Shown: piece after piece, positions 57,461 to 64,000 of the stretch
Numbering within the stretch: the first letter of the stretch is position 1
Layout: each line of letters opens with the position of its first letter
NCBI RefSeq assembly: GCF_009914755.1
Contig: NC_060929.1
Length of the DNA: 64,000 nt
Reading direction: 5' to 3' (one strand)
Source: the human T2T-CHM13v2.0 reference genome, Homo sapiens
Program-made: the position numbers and the translations under genes
The notes under the pieces: generated by a model
What the model saw: the letters and a program-made list of their open reading frames with translations, nothing else
Told to the model about the DNA's origin: nothing
Databases searched by the model: none

Positions 57461-58369
57461 CAGCAACACTCAGCAGGCTGTGTTGGGGGCAAGCCTACCA
57501 CTTCAGCAAGTTCACTGGCACCTGTCCCACATAGAATAGGTTGAATCTTCTCAGGGATGTTAGGTTTCATTTTGTTTTGTCTGCTTGGTAAATCCCATAA
57601 TGTTAAATTTTGAGGAATATTGTTGACCAGAAACAAATGTCAGCAAACCTTTGGGAATGATCTATTTTTCTGTGTTTGGAAAGCTGTTTTCTACTTAATG
57701 TCATAGAAACTACCAACATTATTGCTTTTTCTGCCCAAATTTTATTATAAAACTTAGCAAGAAAGAAACTGGCCCATTGTGAGAATGAGACATTTCTTTA
57801 GCACTTCTAAAACACAAGAATCCTGAAGCAACACAATCATCTCCCTCTCCACAGCCAGCAGAAGGGCGGGATGTCATATGACCTGACGTGAGATGTGAGT
57901 ATCAGGAAACTCTGAAATCAGAGATTATTTCTGGGAAGTTTTTTTTTTTTTTTTTTTACCTGTAAGGAACAAGACACGAATTTTCCTTGCCTCTGACATT
58001 TAGGACAGCCCTTTAAGTCTCTACATTAAAACTTTGGACATTAGGATCTGAACATTCTGTTTACCAGCCTTGCAGTAAATGTCCTGTACTACCACAACAG
58101 AGACTTTTCTTCGGGTAAAGAGGAGAATGTAATCTGGTCACTCCTGATTCCATGGAGGCAGCCAAACAATGTCAGCGCCCATGATAGACTTTATTAGGTG
58201 TGCTGGGCAAAGACACAGTTGAATTTAGCTTTCTAGTCTATGCGGACATCTACATACCAGGGGAAGGTAGATGTTTGATGGTTCTTCATTTCACCATCTT
58301 TAATCAGAATAATTGTTAAATAATTGCTAAAAATGTTTTTTGACTAACAATGGACAACTTTATTTGATG

Positions 58370-58500
58370 ATAAGATGGGTTTGGGTTCAAACCCTTGCTA
58401 TGTGACTTTAACCAAGCTACTTCACCTCTCTAAGACTTAGTTTTGTCATATTTAAGAATTTGAGGTAACTCACAACACAGCAATGTTGGAAGTATTGCAT
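58370..58500 (+). mobile_element. MIR SINE
   Basis: tgggttcaaaccc..ctatgtgactttaaccaagctacttcacctctctaagacttagtttt. Confidence 0.6.
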
Positions 58501-61500
58501 GGAGGAATGGGGTCTAGCTTTCAGCAGAACACCTCACGTATGGTAAGCCATCCATAATGACAGTGACAATGGGAATGATGAGTGAATGCACTTTGGGAGG
58601 AGCAAGGGACAGGGTTGATGGAAGAGGAAGAAATCAGTCTATTAGGAATCTGCAAGTTTGAAGCAAACATCCAAGCAAAAACAACAAGGAGAAAACATCG
58701 TTTTTTAATGGCTATGGTGATAAACAATAGAAAATAGCCGAAATAGCACCTCTCACCAGCAGTGGGATAGAACCCACTCGCATATACATACACATCCACA
58801 CAGATCCACACGCACACACCACACTCATGTACACGCTCAGCCACATACACTCACTGACATATACACGTATATGTACACAGACTGCATGGTTTGGAAAGCT
58901 GTAGAGAGTGAGACCTTTTTAATTATGTGTTTAGCTTAAATATTCAACCTGCCCCAGTCTTACTGTCAGGAGTGTCCGGGGCCCTTTCTGGCACAGTTCT
59001 ACCCCAGATACAGGTCACTCACTTGACTACACTTTGACTTGACCTTGTAAACAAGCTTCTTCCCCTTCTGAGGTCCATGTGGTTTCTATGGTCTTTTATC
59101 TTTTAACCTGTTAAAACACTTTTAAGTTCAGTTTTGTGGTTTTGACATCCCTCTCCCGCTGGAACCTGACAGTGGTTTCCTATTTCTGGTTTATTGCTAA
59201 GGAATGATGAGAATTAAAAAGCATTAGAGCAAGGTCACCACAATATAGTAAATAAGAAATCTATCCATGGTGAACATTTCCAAAGAAGGCTTCCTCTCAG
59301 GGTGATGTTCTCTTTGTCCTGTCTTAGAAGATGAGCTATAATTCTCTGAATTATTTGCCACATTACTTACTTTATCAAGCATGATATTTCAATCTTCACA
59401 TCTGCTTGTAATTAAAGAGAAGAGTCTCTGAATGTCACAAGGACACTGGAATACATGCAATGGGACCTGTAAGCTGCTGCAGGAAGATTTTGGTAGAATT
59501 TCCCTTGATTCTCAAAAAACAAAACAATGTCTTACTAATACATTTTCCCTGTGAGTGCTGGTAACCTACAGCTGGGCCAACTTGTTAACACGGGTCTCTG
59601 TTTAACCAGATGATATTTGTTCTAGTTTTTAAGAATCAAGCCTATCTCCAGAGAGTTCAAGTGCAATAAAAGAGAAGATGAGAGGGTAGAACTGATTTCT
59701 AATCTCAGAAATGCTTGGTAATCTGGATTAGGAACAAGTCAAACATACCCAAATGAAAGATGATAGTGTTACCAACAGAGGAGTCATTTGAAAAGTGCTT
59801 ATGCTCATGAATTCTCAAAGTGTGAAGATCCATCTTTGTGGACCCTGTGTGCCTATTGTGTACCCACACTACTTCTTAATGGATTTAGCATGGATGAAAT
59901 CTATGAAAACATTTCTAAATATCAAGTGGAGGCAAGCACAGGTGAAGGCAAGGTAGAATGTAGTAAAGGCCAACCTGGTACATTTGCATGATGCAAATGT
60001 ACGGATGCAGGCCTCAGCAGAAGTATCCATGGAAACAAACTTTCTGGGGCTCTGAAGGAGCTGTGGATGGAAGCATATTCAGTCCTCACAGAACCAAATG
60101 AGTACCAGTTTATGGTTCAGAAAGCCAAGAATTCAATATAGAAGCACATCAAGGGAAGAAGATATAGGGGCCTACAGTAACCCATTTTCTCTATTCATTT
60201 AAACATAACTCCACACATCATAAGGAAAATGTACAAGAAAATTTATGAAGCTATATGAAATCCAGTCTAAGGGGAAAAAAATTCTAAGAAAAAGGTACTT
60301 TTATTTTAAACTGAACGATTCCAAAATGTCTCTTGCCCAAAAGACAAATGAGGTAACTCAGAAGATAAGCATCCTCAGAGATTAGAAGTGTGCAGCAAAC
60401 AGCTAAATCAAACAATTATAATCTGTAATTTTCTAAGATTTTTCAGATTAAGATAATAAACATATTGATCAAGAAATAAACATCCCACTAACATGCCAAT
60501 TACATTCTCCTTCCTAAGGACACAATGCAATACATGAAGAAATGGCTACTATGCAATATGATAGGAAATATTTTCAAACTCACAAAATAATCGCAAAAAC
60601 TTAAAAACAGAAGGAAATAATACCAATAATTAGGCTTATGAAATCATACTGTTGCTCTTCTGATCTAGTCTTATTCCTCCAAGCAGCAGGGCTCCTAAAC
60701 CATGTAATTATGTGGTGAACAAATGGCATAACAACTTTAAATATAGCCTGTTTCTATTCAGTGTAAAATGTCTGGAGATAAATTTAATGCCTTCTCTTCT
60801 GTTTTTTGTTGCCTGTAATCCTACAACATGACCAAGTTTTATCTTCAAGGTCCTCTGCTTTATTTTTCCTTCAGACAGGACACTGATTCATTATTTGTTC
60901 ACTCATTCAACATTCAACACACACTATGTGGCAGGCTCCACTGGCCTGAATGATCATGTTCTCTACTAGATAACCCCAGACCCTTTCCTTAACTACAGCT
61001 CATTGGACCTGATGTGAGAACTGACCCAAAGATGGTGGCTCCATTTGCTTCTAAAACTTACGGCTTGTGAGGCTTGGCTAAAAACTAGGTAGAGCCGATC
61101 TTCCCTGGGAATTTGGAGCCTGAAGTCCTTGGCTAATCAACAGATGAGGGTCAGAAACATAACTATAAAAGGTTTCATGATGTAACAAGGACTGGATCAG
61201 CCCCTCTAAGTTATGTACAAGCTGAATAAGAGGTAGGCAGAGATGAAGATGGATCATAGACACAGAGAGTAGCAGAGACCCCATAACCCTGAAGCCCCCA
61301 CAGAGATAGAGTAACCTCAATTCCTGATAGCTATACAATTTTAGGTCCCAGGACCTGGTTACATAATGAATCTAATTTTTGATTTCTATCACCCTTACTA
61401 TATCTTTGTAAAAATTTAAGTTCTTAAGCTAGCTTAGGTGGGTTTCTGTTCCTTGAAACAAAAGAGCCCTGACAGGAACACTGCCTGATTACATATGTCC

Positions 61501-62529
61501 TGAAGAATATGGCTGAGTCCATGAATATGTGAAAGAGGCATTTCAGTACAGGTTAATTGGAAGTTGGGCTCACTCTTTTCAGCTAGCCATTGTCACCTTT
61601 ATAATGATGTCCATTTTAACATCTATACTTGTAGTAAACCCAGCTATCCATTTATATGTAAAAATTGAATTTGCTATCCCATCATGCTAGGTACAATTTT
61701 GAACACACTACATATACAATATGTAGCAACTTATGGTTGAAACTTATCTTACTGGCAAGTCTGAAGTAAGAGTTGGGTAAGAAACCAAAGTCCCTATGAC
61801 TGTTACTGTGAACATAACACTATATGTTTAAAACCTCTTCTACACTATTTCCTTTCCAAAATATAAACCTAGAACTTCTGCTATGCATCTGTGAGGTTAT
61901 AGTCTTAAACTTCTGTTTCATCCCTCTATGACATACTTTAGATCATGAAACATGTTCTTTCATCTTGTTGAACATGTCATTATAATGTCTATTTTGCAGT
62001 AAATCTGAACCAATAAAAACTTCTAGAGTGAAATAATTCTTCAAGATTCTAATGTCATTTTTAAACTCAAAAATGGGTATATCTACAGTCCAGGAATATG
62101 TGGATGATCTGTGTTTTAGAAAACTAAATTGTGTTCTTCCTCTTTATATAAAATAAGTGGTAATATTTTAATAACATGGACACATCAGTTGAGTTTGCGT
62201 TGTTTCCCTGGAATTAAAAAAATTAGTCATTATATCAGTGTTTACAAATGAGCCCTAATGGTAAAAATAAAATATGTACGTAGTTTAATAGTGATGAGTT
62301 AATTGCAGCTCATGAGATACTTTTTATACATATTTATAAAAGGAAGCATCTTCCATAATACAAAACAAAGCAGTTAGAAAAATTAATTGGAAAACGCAAC
62401 CAATAAATGTTTGTCAAATAGGGAAAAGTTTTTGTGGTCAAGAAAACCACATAGATAAGAAAAGTGTTAACAAAATGCTGGGTAGAAGAAAGATAGATGA
62501 ATTCATGGTAGCTCTGACTACCGCAATAT

Positions 62530-63915
62530 AATATATACATGGAAATGTAAAGGACATAAACTAACCAAAGCAATCTTGAAAAGTAGAACAAAGCAGGAGG
62601 ACTTAGCAATATCTGATTTCAAGGATTACTATACTATTGTAATCAAGAGAGTATGGTGCCACTGTAAAGCTCAATGAAATAGAATAGAGAATTCAGAAAT
62701 AGACTATGAATATTCGGTCAATTGATTTTTGATTAAGCATTTTCAACAAATGCTACAGGAACAATTGGATATATATATAGGAAAAAAATTAACCTCAACT
62801 CTTACCTCCTACCATACATAAAAATTAACTTGAATGGATTATAAACCTAAATGTAAATAATTAAAGCCATACAATTTATTTTTTTAAAAAAGCATAGAAA
62901 AAAATCTTTATGACACTGGTATGGGAAAGATTTCTTGGAATTCGAAAAGCACAAGCCATAAAAGTAAAAATTGTTCATTGAATTTCATCAAAAGAATTAT
63001 TTCTGCTCTTAAATAGACACCATTAAAATATGAAATAACCAAGTCATAAGCTAAGAGGATATATTCACAATACATACATCTGATAAAAATCTTGTATTCA
63101 GGATATATTAAGAATTCTTAAAATTTAGGAATAAAAAGACAAACAGTTCAATTAAAATAAACAGGGAGAAGATTTAAACTGACATTTCACACACAAAAAT
63201 ATGAATGGCCAATAAACACATAAAAATATGTTTAAAATCATTAGTCATCAGTGAAATATAAGTTAAAACCATGAGATACCACTTCATACCCACTAAAATG
63301 GCTAATATTAAAAAGACTGAAAATCTTGGAAATGATGTGGAAGAACTAGAACTCTCATAAATTGCTGGTGGGAAAGTAAAAGTGGTGTAGCAAAACCAGC
63401 AGTTTCCTACAAAATGAAATGTACGCTTACCACACGACCCAGCAATTCCACTCAGAGATAGTTACTCAAAAGAAATAAAAACATGTTCTCATAAAAACTT
63501 GTCTGTAAATGTTTCTAGAAACTTCATTCAAAAAAGCCAATAATTAGAAATAACCCATATATACATCATATGAATAGACAACCTGCAGTATGTCTATACA
63601 CTGAAATATTGTACAGCCATCTAAAGGGCAACAACATGGAGGAAGCTCAAAAACCTTATACAGTTGAAAGAAGCCAGAAATATAATATTCCATTTATATG
63701 AGATTATAGAAAGAACAAAACTAATCTATAGTGAGTAAAAGCAAATCAGTGGTTACCTGGGGTTCTGTGGTCGTGTGTGTGTGTGTGTGTGTGTGTCGGT
63801 GTGTGTGTGTGTAGGGAGTGTGGTTGACTGGCAAGGTACACAGAGAATTTGGGGATTAATAAGAACATTCTATATTTTGCTGGTTATGGTGGTCCTATAG
63901 ATCTATGCATTGAAT
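62530..63915 (+). mobile_element. L1MB/MC ORF2 3' part and 3'UTR
   Basis: aaagcaatcttgaaaagtagaacaaagcaggaggac; gagataccacttcatacccactaaaatggct; gacccagcaattccactc. Confidence 0.88.
63773..63811. repeat. Interrupted (GT)n microsatellite
   Basis: GT run with a single cg interruption. Confidence 0.95.
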
Positions 63916-64000
63916 ATGTGAAGAAGGAAAACCCATCTTAGAGTTATGACTGAAAATCTTTTGACCAAACTAGCAAAATTTAACTATACAGAGAAAGTTC

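Overview
AT-rich primate genomic DNA, most likely hominoid or human, since it carries young AluY, AluYe-like and AluYd-like copies with intact target-site duplications (TSDs). It looks intergenic or deep-intronic. I can support no protein-coding gene, rRNA, tRNA or CRISPR array. The listed ORFs are Alu-, L1-, LTR- or microsatellite-derived, or are chance ORFs. The window is a mosaic of Alus, L1 fragments of several ages, L2/MIR/L3, MaLR/ERVL/ERV1 LTRs (including a full THE1D/MSTA-type provirus) and hAT/Tigger DNA transposons. Repeat subfamily names come from recalled consensus sequences, not a RepeatMasker run, and boundaries of old repeats are approximate. The main structures these repeats do not explain are four. 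(1) A 308-bp, roughly 85%-identical inverted duplication bracketing 1 kb (37239-38891). (2) A ~950-bp non-repeat, 3'UTR-like insert interrupting an old L1 (47255-48199). (3) A near-perfect 41-bp fold-back inside an old L1 (1710-1845). (4) Two inverted copies of the same MaLR/ERVL internal segment (22140-23200). I see no evidence for a new coding system.
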